NCBI GenBank assembly: GCA_964234715.1
Contig: OZ174289.1
Direction: 5' to 3' (one strand)
Source of the DNA: Podarcis melisellensis
Taxonomy: Eukaryota
DNA: 64,000 nucleotides
Position 1 is the first letter of the stretch. Every line of letters starts with the position of its first letter. Position numbers and translations under genes: made by a program. Under the pieces are notes generated by a model. The model saw nothing but the letters and a program-made list of their open reading frames with translations, did no database searches and was not told where the DNA came from. Positions 24,080 to 36,980 of the stretch are shown in pieces.

Positions 24080-24299
24080 GAACCCTTTGAATTCAGTAGG
24101 GTTGGGTATACTTCACTTTCACTGGACCTTCAATAGTCCATATGCTTTTCTGAAACCAGCTTGCTCATGCTACTCTCTGCAGACTGTTAACCGAAAGTGC
24201 TACAGTACAACACATATATTTTGCAATCTTTTAATTTTTTCTTTGGAAGCTGTAAGAGTAGAGTGGAAGATTTGAGTTAAAATATCTTGAAGGCAACTC

Positions 24300-24680
24300 C
24301 AGGGTTGACCACTAGAATAAGAAGCCAAAACAATGAAAGTTATAAAGAAGACTGGGTGCTGTTTACAGAATATATGGAAAAGTGTTATAAGCAGACAATT
24401 TACCTAGCAGGATGGTAAAATTTTCAGCAGAGTAAGAAATAAATAAAGTATATAAAAGTGGTGGTGATAGATGGGGTGAACTAAGAAAGCACAAAGAAAA
24501 AAGGGGTTAAAAGGAACCATGGAAAGAGAGGATAGGAAGTCAAGGAATGTTTTCTGATTTTTTGTCGTTGATTATTTAAAATCTTTGGAAAGAAATACTT
24601 TTCTTTGTTGTATTGTTTTTGTTTATGCTTTGGAATGTTATCAGAAGAGCAAATAAATAAAATATGTAAAAAAAATATAT
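24300..24680 (+). mobile_element. Probable L1 3' end
   Basis: YKEDWVLFTEYMEKCYKQ resembles the squamate L1 ORF2 terminus; followed by a purine-rich then T-rich UTR, aataaa and an A-run. Confidence 0.55.
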
Positions 24681-26079
24681 TGAAGGCTAATCTATTTCAT
24701 AGCTGATGATTGTGAGTCTAATATTCTGCCATCTTCTGGATAAGTTACTTTATGTCTTGATCACCCTCCTCCCCACCCTGTGCAAAGGCTCCCCCCTCTC
24801 AAGTCCAAATGCACAGTTGAAGGACTGTGATCAAACTTGCATCCACATGGAAAATTTAATAGCAGCTTCCATCAGTTAGCTTTCTTTCTTTCTTTCTTTT
24901 TTAAGTACCCTGACTGTACATCTTAAATACTTTGTTGAAAGCAAGTATAGTTTAGTGAAAATTCTGCATCTGCTAACAATTGAACCTGCCAATTAACCAA
25001 TTTATTAGCAAAACAAACTTTGCCTGTGAGGGAGCTACGGTGGGTTTGTTTTTTTAAGTATATGATGTATACATCATAAAATTATTCTCTGCCCCACAAG
25101 CCTTAACTCTGTCAGAGGGGAGCAGTAATTGAGCAGTAAAGATTGTTTACAAATCCCTGCTCCCTCCATAATGATCAAAACTTGTGGAAACATTTTTTTG
25201 TTTGTTGCAGAAATGGAAAGCATCTGGTTAACAATGCATCCTGCGTTGCAAGCCCAAAGAATTCGAAATGTGCTCACAATTGTGCCCAAATGTTGGTCTG
25301 ACAACGGGCTCCCTGAATAAATGACAACTCCTTTGCAAAATTCAAGGCATCTAGTTTTTAATCTATTATTGTTGTAATTATAATTACACTGATAATACGG
25401 AACCTGGCAATCCTGGAAACACTGTTAGGAAAAGCAGATGGCCGCAACAGAGTTGTTTTGAGATGGTTTGTCATAGAAATTATTTCTGTCTGGGTTTTGT
25501 TTTTTGTTGCTTCTGTTCCATTTTGTGCAATTGAACTTGTTCAGAACTACTGCTTCTTATGTTGAACTACCATGTTTATCCCGGGAAACGATGGCGGGAG
25601 AACTTGCGGCTTTTTGGGGAGTGAGGGATGTTACTGGCATAATGAAGGCTTAAAACTAGGGCTTCCTAATGTTAAAGTAGTTCAGTGCCACTTTAATTAG
25701 GTATTTACCAATGATGATCCCTCCCACTTCAATTTTTAAATAGTCCGCTTTCCCTTCTACCCACACACTTGAGTAAGCTATGATTGGGTCCCACTGAATT
25801 CTGCTGATGGGTTGCCTTTCCCCCACTTAAAGTCCAGTCCTGTAGTTGACTAAAGAGGTGTCTGATTAAAAATAAAGAGTCTAAGCACGATTGGGGCACT
25901 GTTCCCTTGCAGCACACGTAGCTGGCAATTTGCACCTGGTTAGGTTTTTGCATTAGATAACAGCCTAAAGTTAACAGTAGCATCAGGTCTCTCTAATTTC
26001 TTTTTTGTCTTTCTGGAAAGAGGGTAAAAGGAGCGCCTGGAGGAGTCCTTACTTCCTCTTATCAGTGGCTCAGCCTCAG

Positions 26080-26219
26080 NNNNNNNNNNNNNNNNNNNNN
26101 NNNNNNNNNNNNNNNNNNNNNNNNNNNNNNNNNNNNNNNNNNNNNNNNNNNNNNNNNNNNNNNNNNNNNNNNNNNNNNNNNNNNNNNNNNNNNNNNNNNN
26201 NNNNNNNNNNNNNNNNNNN
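26080..26219. other. Assembly gap (N-run) covering the exon 3 acceptor
   Basis: 140 Ns directly before the exon 3 remnant. Confidence 1.
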
Positions 26220-26242
26220 TCCCAAAGGACTACAGTGACCAG
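26220..26242 (+). CDS. DENND1A: DENND1A exon 3, 3' part only (5' part in assembly gap 26080-26219)
   Basis: (n)TC CCA AAG GAC TAC AGT GAC CAG|gtttgg = (F)PKDYSDQ, then a phase-0 GT donor. Matches human DENND1A FPEDYSDQ and joins in frame to the exon at 52032. A 44-nt exon as in human would start near 26199, inside the Ns. Confidence 0.88.
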
Positions 26243-29200
26243 GTTTGGAATGCGTAATTAATTTTTTACATGACAAAATTCATTTCAGGGTTGTTCAACG
26301 TATTATAGCTGTTCTTTTCCCCTAAAAAAACACAAAACAAAATAGAACGCATTGGGGGGGGGAAGGGAAAGGGAATTGTGATTAGAAACTTAATATTTTT
26401 TTTTTAAAATGTATACACAACATGTAAAACTTGCATGCATAAACTTGAATAGATGGTTTTGGTTCTCAATAAGGCTTTCCCAATTTCAGAATCTATTTTG
26501 AGAAAGCAAATTCATGAATTTCACTCCTTTAAAAAAAAAACTTACTTTGCCTTGGAGCTGCTTCAGGCTGCTGTTAGTTACAGAATCCTCATCTCGTTGT
26601 TTTAGGGTTTATGAGTTTACTTGGCATCACATCACTTTTTAAAAATTTCATGGTCACATCAAATCTGGCAGAATGATGGAATATAAAAAGGGGAGGGAGG
26701 GACTGCATGTAAAATGCCGTGGGAATTTTGCAATTAGTGCTCAGAGCAGAGGGGAAAGGGAACACAACCTGCTTTGCAAAATCCGTGTGGATGGCTGTGG
26801 TAACTGAAAGCTACTGCTGATCTTGATGGCTTCTTCCTCTTTCAAATGCATCTTGTTATAGAGTAATGTTGGGAGGGAGGGAGGGAAGTTTTATTTTTGC
26901 TCCATCGGTGTACTTAGTACACTCTAGTTGTTTTTGCTAGGAAGCTCTCCCTTTGGGAAGGGGTTTCGTGTCAGCCATTGCAAGTCTGGGTTGAAAATCG
27001 ATCTCTGGACCAAATTCTCCTAATTGTTACAACCCTGAAATATCTCCATTCAGCTGGGTGTGGTGAAGTTCGCACAGAAAGGCTCCCGTAATAGTCGTTA
27101 TCAGGTTTTAGTTACATTTTCTTACGGGAGTGTTTGGTTCCGATCCTTTTCCTTCCTTCCCTCCCACATTTAAAAACGTTTCTGTTCCGTGGAAGGTGCT
27201 GCTGCTGAGCACGTCCCAGCGTGGGCCCCTCAGGGCAAACAGACCTTGTCTTGTAGCGGTGTGTGCAGCGGACGGGACAATAGTCGCCCCTGATGCCTGC
27301 AGTCCTGGAGAGCCCCTGTAGTATTAATATAATTCTTTAAAAAAAATAACACCCCCCCAGCATATTGCTTGAGTGCTTTTTGTTGCAGTTTTATAGTGCC
27401 TGCCCCCCCCCCCCGTACTTGCACCATAGCGTTGAGGTGTGCAACAAAGCATCCTTTTGTAAACACACAAGTCCTCATTGCCATCTCGTGCCAATAATCT
27501 GTTAATAAATAGCTCCCTAAGTACACTCTGCAGCGTTGGGCCACAATGTGTGCTGAAAGAGCCGCTAGTCTATCATATGAAATGTAGTCGGATTAAGGGT
27601 CCCTCGGAGCTGTTGCTGTCTCTTGTGCCTGTGATCTATGGATTACAGGACTGTCTCATACATAAAATATTTTTCCTTTTTGTAAAACAACAACAAAAAA
27701 GGAGAGAAATCTTAGTATGCTGTAAACCACCTCTGAACAAACGCAGTACAACCTACAGAAATCCAAAGATGCAAAGCTAATGTGCTGCTGAAACTTCCCT
27801 GATATTTTTATTCAGCTCGTGCTTTTAAAAGATCTTTAAACAAACAAACAAACAAAAAGAAATGTGGACAATCAGTTCAGGAGGTGGGGAAGGTAGCAGA
27901 CTTCTCAACCTTAAACACACTAATTTCAGGTTCACAGCGACCTTACTTTTGGTGCCTTTTTAAGGGGCTGCAAGAACGTAAACTGCGTTTAAGCCTTGAA
28001 GTGACACCAGGCACTTGTGTGAACAAACTAAGCAAGACTTATGGTCAGCATACCGTTTCTGAATGCTTGTGAAAGCGATTCGGAAGCAGCAGAAGATGGC
28101 CATTTCTAAACAAAATGAGGATTCTTTAATTTAGTTAACAAATGTGGCAAACCTAAATGCCACATTTTTGAAGGTGTCAAGTATGTGTTGTTCGTTAGCA
28201 GAGGGTGGAAAGTTGAACGGCAAACGCACTGCAGGGTTTCTTTTTATTATTTAGGCTCGGTCTGCAGCAAAGGTGGGAATGAAGTTGAAGTTTTTAGGTG
28301 TGGTGGCCTTTGAAAAAAAATATCAAATTACTGTGGGTTTTTCCCCCCTTATAGCATACCTTTAAAAACAAAACGGTTCCTTTTGTTTTTATGTGATGCA
28401 TGTGCAACTTGTACACAAATGTTTCTTGCTGACAATCCAAATCTGCGAGGAATATTGTGAGTTAAATCAACACAAGGCAATTCTCTCATTAGTACGAAAA
28501 AGCCCCAGTTCTGCCCCCCCCCCACTTCCCCAGTCTAAATTCTTGGCACTTGTTTTTACATACAGTGTGTTTCCCATGTAGGCAGCGCATCTGATCAGAG
28601 CCCTAGCTGCCGCTGGATGTTTTATTCTGTGTGTTCTTTGTACCTAACAGTAAAAGAATCTGTCACAAATTATTGTGGCTCCCAGCTTTAGAAACCTGAG
28701 AAAAAAGGGAGGTTAGACTGACATCTGTGGCTGAATAATGATGGACAGCCTTTTGGCTCCCCTTGAGCCACAAAGCTAGCATTGCCTTTAGAGAGGAAAA
28801 AGGAGTATAAGAAGAAAGGGGGGAGTGATAAAAGGAGGTTACAAATCTGTGGTCCTGGAGATGTATTACTGTTGGGCCAGTTGTCTGCATGGCACGATAA
28901 TCCGTTTTGATCTCCTGTCTTAATTGTCTGCTAAAGACAAATGGGCAGTAAAAGTTCATCAGTTTCATCTCTCGCTCTCTTTTTTGCTTCTCATTTAGAG
29001 GCAGAATAAATGATCCGTCACTACAGAAAGAACTCCTTTCTTTTCCGACACGGGCGGAAATGCAGGACCCCAACACATTTTTATTAAAATATTTCTCCCT
29101 CATTATTTCAGCCCCCTCAGCTCTGATAGATCTCGCTGTTTCATGAAAAATGTAATCTGAAATGTAAATAAGGGGTTTGGTACAAAGGGAGGAAGTAATG

Positions 29201-30397
29201 AGCCGACTAGCCACATTGCTGGAATCTTGATTGTAATTACCCACCAAGGTGGACACCCCTGCTTGTCCTCCCCCACCCCTCTTGGTCAGACCACAATAGT
29301 AAAAGTGACTTAAATCTGTAAAAAACCTATTCCAGTCCTTGGGATTTTATTTTCAAAGGTCATATGCATCATATAGGAGGGGGCATCCGAGGGAGAACTA
29401 GTGATTTCTTCTAATTTTTTGGTAATAGAATCAATCATTTTAGAGGACTATGCTTTCATGTTGGCCGTTGTTTATAGCATGTCCAAAATTAATAACTTGT
29501 TTTTCAAACATGTTCAGCTAGCGCCCTTCTCCCTCTTTTTTTATTTTTAAAAAAGGTGTGTGCTAAATTTTGGTGTAGATGTTTTGCACGCTGGCTTGGG
29601 TGAAAGTCGTGTATAATTATCACAAGGGTTGTGGTCTCTTTCTACCATCTTACATAATATATCCCATATGCTGGAAGACATGTTCTAAATTGCTGAAATA
29701 ATTTTAGCGACAGTTTTGTCATTCTTCAAGTCTATACTTTAGATTCTCAAGCAGATAAAAGGTTTAAAATAATTTTCAGCCCCTCTGTTCCTAAAGAAAA
29801 TTCTAAATAACGTCTGCAGTTAGAAAAAAGGCTCCTTTGTGAGGAAATGCAAGCAAACACAAATGTGGATGGTTAATAAATAAATTGTGTTTAAAGAACC
29901 AAATTATTTTTTGTCTCAATTCCCCCCATATAACTTTTAATTTGAGGTTTTAATGATTCTATATTTATTATACCTGTTCCTGAAGATGAACACCAGCAAA
30001 GCTTTACTCTTGGGTTCTCTGATCTGAATCATAGACATGAACCAGTCAGATTTAACATGTGCTTAAAATCTATCCCTACTGAAATTAGCAAGACCTAAAA
30101 GTGCTTGCATTGTGGTCAACTGCACATTTGGGCCTTTACTGTAATCTCCACATGGGTACACCATGGCCGGTAGCAGTGAGTGAAGACTTTTAAGCCACTT
30201 AAAATGACTCAAAAACTACTTTAAAAAAAAGTTTTAATCAAGATTAAAGTTTAAGAATATTATTATTTTGGTGTGAATGACATAATGAACGTGGAGTAAA
30301 AGTGGAATTATTAGGGCATTCTGCTATATTAGGTAAGTTTTTTGCATAATCTCTAGTATTAGGGCCTCCTCTCTTCTGCAATTCTTTTATTGGGCAT

Positions 30398-30421
30398 TGT
30401 GTGTGTGTGTGTGTGTGTGTG
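30398..30421. repeat. (TG)n microsatellite
   Basis: Direct observation. Confidence 0.95.
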
Positions 30422-33400
30422 CTTTGATTTATATGCTCCATCTGCTTAGTAGGCATATGATGACAGACATTCTGTGTATAATTTGATCAACTGTTGTATG
30501 AAGGCTGAGGTGCTCCTTCAGAATGGGTACTTCAGTGTTCTTTGCAGGTATTCCCCCTCCTTTTCCATGGGCACAGAAACAGTGGCTGTAATGAATCCTT
30601 ACACATTTATATGGGAACCGTAAACTTTATATGGGCCACTTTATATAGAAACTAAGAGCCCTTCTTGTACACGCTCCATAACCCATGTAAGAAATGTGGC
30701 TGTGGTGGTGATGGTAAAAAATTAAAGAGGAATATCCTTTTCCTTACCACGTTGCAAACTGATTTGGAGAACGTTTGTGATGCGTTGGTTGTATGTGCGT
30801 GGTGTAAAACTTGCAGCCTCACGGCCGTGTGTGCTGGAAGCCTGCCTCTACCATGAGAGAGTTGGACGCAGCCTTGCCATGGGAGAAGGTGAGTTGGGTG
30901 CCATTGCAGACAGCAAAGTGTGGAAATGGTTTTGACCCAGGAAGGACAACCCACTGAAGAATCTCCTACCTACAATCTCCCACCTACCTGTCTCCTTTAG
31001 AATGTTATGTAAGCCTCTCTGGGAACCTTTTTGGCTGGAGAGCAGGATGCAGATGTTGTAAATGAATGAATGAATGAGTGAATGACTAAATGGGACCTAT
31101 GCACAGACAGTTCATTCCAGTGAAGCTTATTCACAAGAGAGTTTGGATTGATTGTACACCTTCTAATTAGCATGACAAGCCCTTTGGATTCTATCCACCC
31201 CCAGCTCAGTTGTGCCTTGGCTCAGCAGTTATTGCAGTTATTGATTGCATAAAAAGTTTCTCCATTATTTCTCTATTTGTAATGTATAGATGGACTGTTG
31301 TGTAAAGTGCCTAATGCATCGTTAGGTGCTTTATATGGAATAATTATAAATCATTCAGTATGTGTAATCCAGTCATATTCAGGTTGAGGGCATCTGTGTC
31401 TGTAGATTTACGATGCAAAAAAAGTCAAACAAATAGTACATGGCTGTGTGCGTAATTATTTTTGGAATTTCGTTTGATCATAGGAGTCCTTGTACTTGAT
31501 CCTCATTATGGTAAAAGTAGGAGTCAGGGTGGGGAGCAGGGAGGATGAAGTTCTAAGAACTGAATTGTTGGCCTTGAACCTGGCTTGTAGCTGATGTTTC
31601 TGCCTGCTCCTTCAGGAGATGAGAAAACCGCTTCATGAATGGATGAAATTGGGTAACTCCTTTAGTATTGCAATATGTCAGTGGGACAACATAATGCTGA
31701 GTATTGTGACGAAGAACCAAGTCCTCTGTTTTCTCCCTCTCCACCACCCTGCATGTGTAGAGATGGTTCACTCTGAAAGCTACAATCCAAGCCATAGTTG
31801 GCCTATACAATTGACATTTCATCGAAGTCATCACAAGGGTGAAGCTGGTATGGTTCATTAAGTAGTTCAGAACTTAAAATAGATGCTTTGGAGTGTGATT
31901 CTTGGAGGCAGAGCTAATTAAATCTCAGCATAACTTCTTACATGTAGTTACCACCCCCCATTTTATCCCCTACTCTCCTCCTATCCTGGTGGCTCAGAAC
32001 AGATTATGGTAATTATGCACAAGTCCTAGTCCCCTACTCCCAAAGGCCCAACTATTATCATCACCGTGCATGAGTGAAACATTAGGTTTTTTCTTACCTT
32101 AAAAACAACTACTTGTTTGATTATAAAAGGACCCAAACCTCCTGCTGGGTCACATTTACTATCTCTGTTCCGGAGTAGCACCTATCAAGATGATGTATTT
32201 GACTTCCTTCTCTCGGTTGATCAATTGATCTGTTGTCCATATTTTCTGACTCCAAACCTCTGCCAAGCCATCTTCTATAAATACCAGGCAGAGATAGATG
32301 TTTTTTGCTTCTTATCTGGGACCATTGTTTTCCTCATTCCCACCAAAAAGGAGGGAAGGAATCCTAGATAGTTATAATCTTTCCACCAGCTCACTGATGG
32401 AGAAATTAGAATGGGAACACCAAAGGACCCCTTGCCTTTTGTCTGAACTGCCTGCTTTTGTGTAGAAAACAAGCATTGGTGTTCTTCCCTGCCCCCTTTA
32501 AGAGTGTGTATACAGTATATAGCTATTCCAGAAGCAATGCTGGTACTAGACTTGCCACTTAGATTTCGAGGAACCCCTTTTAAGGTTCATTCCTTTGTGA
32601 ATTTAAGTCAGATTCTGACCCAAGGCCTAGTGGGCTGCCGTGTTGCTTTCCTTATTCTCTTCTTGTCTCATTTTTTTTTTAAAAAGACCTATTCCGATGG
32701 TTGTCAGAATATGCTGCCTCCATAACAGCAGTACATTGATCATGTGGGGGGTTTGAAGCCGTGCTTCCTAGAATGTCTCCAGAACTTAATATCAGTCACC
32801 TTCATTTGATAAATCAAGTTTCATTTTGAGAAGGAATAACTACTCTCTGCTCCCCCTCTCCATGCTGTGTAGAATTGTATAGTCCCATATCTGCATATAG
32901 CAGGCAAATGCAATACTGGTGACCATTGACAGCAATAGCTGAGATATTGAGACATCTACTGTAGGAGGAGCATGTGGGGCTGTGTGAGTGCATGTGCAAG
33001 GATTAACAGCCTTGAGGCTATGTGGGACCTGCTAAAATGCATGCTTTATACACACAGACAAACAGTTGTGCTTCAGATATACACAGGAAAAGGTACTTTG
33101 CATCTCAAAAGGCTGATTAAATTATTCAGAAATATGATTTAAAGTTGTAATTGGCATAATTAAGGAATTTTAAATAGCTGGTGAATAAGTGCTGTATAAT
33201 ACCATCACCATAAGGCTGCCAAAAAAGGCCACTTCTGGCAGTTCCCCAGCATATATTTTTTTCTGATAGCTTGTGAGATTTAAGGCAAAATGGAGATTTC
33301 TCAGATTTCCTTCTGCAATGTGTAGGTTGTTTTTTTTATTGAGCAGTGAATTAATCAGCTAAAGGTTTTAAAAAGTACCTATAATAAATTTGGTGGGGCT

Positions 33401-34109
33401 AAAATGGAAGGGTGTGTTGCTGTGCAGACTACCAAAAACCCTGGTTCCCTTAAGTGCTGATTCAGGGGAGATAAATGAGAAACTTTATACTGCTCTTTTC
33501 CCAGTTAGCTTTTGATGGTGAAACTCCAGTAGCTTTCCTTCTTGTACTGGAAACCACAGATAAATAAAACTACGGTACTTGGTAGAAATCAAGGTTGCAT
33601 CTTCTAAAACTCATTCTTCAGCAATGCTGATTGGATTTGATCTTGTTCCCAAATAAGCTACTTTGGGGTTGTTGTTGTTGTTGTTTTACTGAAAAAAGAA
33701 AATCTTGTCGATCAACGAAGAAATTCTTAAGAAAGGCGTTTTCTTCCAGCCAATTCTCTTTACCAGATTGGAAGGTCTACCTTTTTCAGAAGATGTCCCT
33801 TTAAGAACTGGCATTTTCTTATTCATATATTTCATATATTTATATACAGCTTAAAACCAGAATGGTCTTTGTGAGGTTTACATATATGCACACAGACAAT
33901 ATTAAAAGAGTACAATATCAGATCAATAAAATCCCTCCAAAAGCGAAACGCCCCCCCCAAAAGACAAAAAAACACAACCCCCCCCACACTTTAAAAGCAT
34001 GTTTAGAAACAGGAAAATGACTGCTAGGTATCTCCAAGGTGTATAGAAGCAGCCATCCGACTGCACACGCCCCGCCCCCGCCTTCAGTCTTCCCCTCCCT
34101 GCTCACCAG

Positions 34110-34272
34110 GTGTATTTTGTTATGCCATGTCTTCAGTTGTTTCTGTTTAAACTATTTATTTGTGTTTTAGATATTGTTTTGTTTTTATTTTTGTGACCTT
34201 CCCTGAGATCTTTTGATAAAGGATGGTATATAAATCTAATAAATAAAATAATAAAAATAACAAATAAATAAA
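34110..34272 (+). mobile_element. L2-type 3' UTR/tail
   Basis: T-rich tract, tgtgaccttccctgagatc…ggatggtatataaat, then an (aataa)n tail. Confidence 0.6.
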
Positions 34273-34299
34273 TGTAGGCAATTAAAAGCCTAATGACTA

Positions 34300-34551
34300 C
34301 CGTATATTTTTTCTCTATAAGACTCACTTTTCCCTCCTAAAAAGTAAATGTGTGTGCGTCTTATGGAGCGAATGCAGGCTGCGCAGCTATCCCAGAAGCC
34401 AGAACAGCAAGAGGGATTACTGCTTTCTCTGTGCAGCGATCCCTCTTGCTGTTCTGGCTTCTGAGAGTCAGAATTTTTTTTTCTTGTTTTCCTCCTCCAA
34501 AAACTAGGTGTGTCTTATGATCTGGTGCGTCTTATAGAGCGAAAAATACTG
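34300..34551. mobile_element. Tc2/pogo-type MITE with internal hairpin
   Basis: TA|ccgtatatttttt…tataagac … gtcttatagagcgaaaaatactg|TA; perfect 25-bp internal inverted repeat. Confidence 0.85.
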
Positions 34552-36318
34552 TAATTACCGGTAATTAAATATTGGGACAGTAGGTAACAGTGGTGTGTAA
34601 CCATTTTCACATTTTGAGGTTGGTGGGAGGAGGAAACATCCCAGTCTTTGCTAAATGGAATATCCTTTACAAGCTTTCAGTTTTCCACCTCTTGGCACCA
34701 AAGCTTGGCACTGATTGGACATTTTGTGTGTAAGAGAGATCCTGCCCTCCTTGACAATGCAAGTCCATTTTGCCCAACGTTTTGATTGAGGTAATCCCTG
34801 AGTACCTTGCAAGAAGAGGCCAAATATAGTCGCCATTGAAATCTTGCAAGTGTAGTTCTCTTACAAGTTGTTGGAGGGGCACTTACTATTCCTAAAAGCG
34901 GAAATAAGAATTAGGCTGGAATGTCTGAATGTTTTTTGGTTGGCCAGGTGCCACTGCGTTGAATTGGTTGGATTTCCTTTCTTCTTTAGTCCAATTACGT
35001 ACACTTAAATCAATACATCAGTGAAGTTTGTGTGTCTTTCTGTCTGCTGAGGCAATTGTGTTGTTTGGGCAAAAGAAGCTGTATCCTAGAACAGTGTTTT
35101 GTTATCCTTGGGTTTGATATGCTTTGCACTTATTCCAGCAGCTTTGAGACTGATGTTTTATGTGAACATTTTACTGCTATAACTGTTAATATTTTGTTAT
35201 ATGATCTGTATGGGAGAAGCTATGGTATGTACCTTATAGTTTTGGTTTTCCTTGCTAGGAGCACAGCATGAGCCACAGAACTGTAGTCACCCTCCTTTTC
35301 TGCATTCACATTATTGATATAATTAAAATGTGTGTTTCTTTCTCAGCAAGAGTAAAGAATCAGTAAAAATAATTGTGTGGTGTTCAACACATGCGATTCT
35401 TATGTGGCTTTCTGGAATTGATTCCATAGTTCATTGCTGGCTAGTGGATCATCACTTGTACAGGAAAAACAAACCACATTCCTTGATTCGGACATAGCAG
35501 GAAGCCAAGACTTCCTGTTTTCTGTTTTTTTGTTTAGCTACACTAGGGGACGAGCAAAGTGAAAGCGATTGAGCAACATGTACCAGTATGTTGCTCGTTC
35601 AGTATAAACCATGGGAAACCAGAAATTCTGTTTTATCATTGCATGAGAATGTGACCAGTATCTAAGAACGTTCTCTGACAATGCATGTCCAAAGACCTCC
35701 CCCAGCCATAATTGCATAGATAACCACCAAAATTAATTAGAATTAAAGCGCTGGTAGTGTCAAAGGCAGATCTTTCATCGTGTTTTTAGAAGCGCCTTTT
35801 TAAAAGAGAAGTTGGGCAACAAATTTTGTTGACCTGTCTAGTTTGGTTTTGCCATTCTTTCTAGATTTGATGTAAAGTACACATCAAAATAGTACTATAA
35901 CTTAATTGTGTTTTATGTATGTAATCATTTACAAGAAAGGGTTCGTGAGCAAAACACGGCTGCCTGGGATGGTGATTGAAGTGCCATACTTGACAAGGGA
36001 CAGACTTCAGTAGGTTTGGACCAGTCCCTCTTTTTCAGTTTCCCTCTTGTGATAATGTGTTTATGTACCAAATGTATCAGAATTTGTTGTTGGGATGAAT
36101 GAGATTAGAGGTTTGAAGCGGCTTGGGAAAACGAAACTGAGCAGAAGTCCAGATTAAAAATAACTAAGGTATTTGTTCCAGTTTGCCAGGAGTTGTACGT
36201 TGACTCATCAGCCTGCTTATTGGTGGGCTCATCAGCATACTTAGCAAAGATGCAGCCTTTAATGGATTATTAGATTAATAGATTCGATTAATGGATTATT
36301 GGATTAAAACATTTATTA

Positions 36319-36410
36319 CAGTGCAGATCCCCATACATGTGTACACAGACATAAGCATGATTGAGTTCAATAGGATCTACTCCCCGGGGAAGTGTGTATA
36401 GGGTTGCAGG
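36319..36410. repeat. Old approximately 90-bp palindromic squamate interspersed repeat
   Basis: gtgcagatccccatacatgtgtac…attgagttcaat…gtgtgtatagggttgcag; related decayed copy at about 3077-3155. Confidence 0.5.
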
Positions 36411-36577
36411 TTAAACCTACTGAGATAGTGATTAATTGAGCATTTAAAAATAAATAAATATTATTTTCTATTTATTTATTTAGAAATGCCTTCCACAGGA
36501 ACACCTGCATGACACCCTTGTGCCATGCCAGGCAAAATCATTTCTGTTTAGCTGTGGCCAATGGCTTACCGTGAGCA

Positions 36578-36980
36578 TGCAGATCTCCCTGGCTTTGCTG
36601 TTCCCAGTAGTGAGTGGGAGAAACAAAACAGAATTCTTGGCTTAGTGTTACATCTGAACCAGTTATCATTGCTTGTTTCACTCCATTCTAGAAACAGAAT
36701 CATGGAGTAGGAAGGGACCCTGCGGACCACCAAGTCCAGCCCCCTGCAATGCAGGAATATGCAGCTGTTCCACATGAGGATCGAACCTGCAGTCCTGGCA
36801 TGATCAGTACCAGTCTCTAACCAGTTGAGCTACCTGAAGCCAGTATTTGTTTTGGCTCACTAATTAAGGCTTGTTTCGAGTGAAACAAGCCAGAACCCTT
36901 GGTTCAGATTCAACACTAAGTCAAGGATAATGGTTTTTGCTCCCCCTCACTAGCAGGGAGGAGTGAAGCTGGAGAGATCT
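36578..36980. repeat. Imperfect long palindromic element split by a SINE
   Basis: Arms about 36578-36683 and 36878-36980: gcttgtttcactc/gagtgaaacaagc, cttagtgttacatctgaacc/ggttcagattcaacactaag. Confidence 0.7.
36689..36841 (-). mobile_element. tRNA(Ile)-like-head SINE with CR1 tail, full length
   Basis: Minus strand tagctcaactggttagag…ggttcgatcc head; tail tgcattgcagggggctggact…gggtcccttcctactccatgattct, shared with the CR1 at 22731. Confidence 0.85.

Noticed and set aside
28663-29256. 197-aa minus-strand ORF
   Set aside because: Non-ATG start, no recognisable domain, antisense within an intron; more likely a chance ORF over non-coding sequence.
30530-30555. ttctttgcag|gtattc as a recursive splice site
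   Set aside because: Short pyrimidine tract and weak donor; expected by chance.
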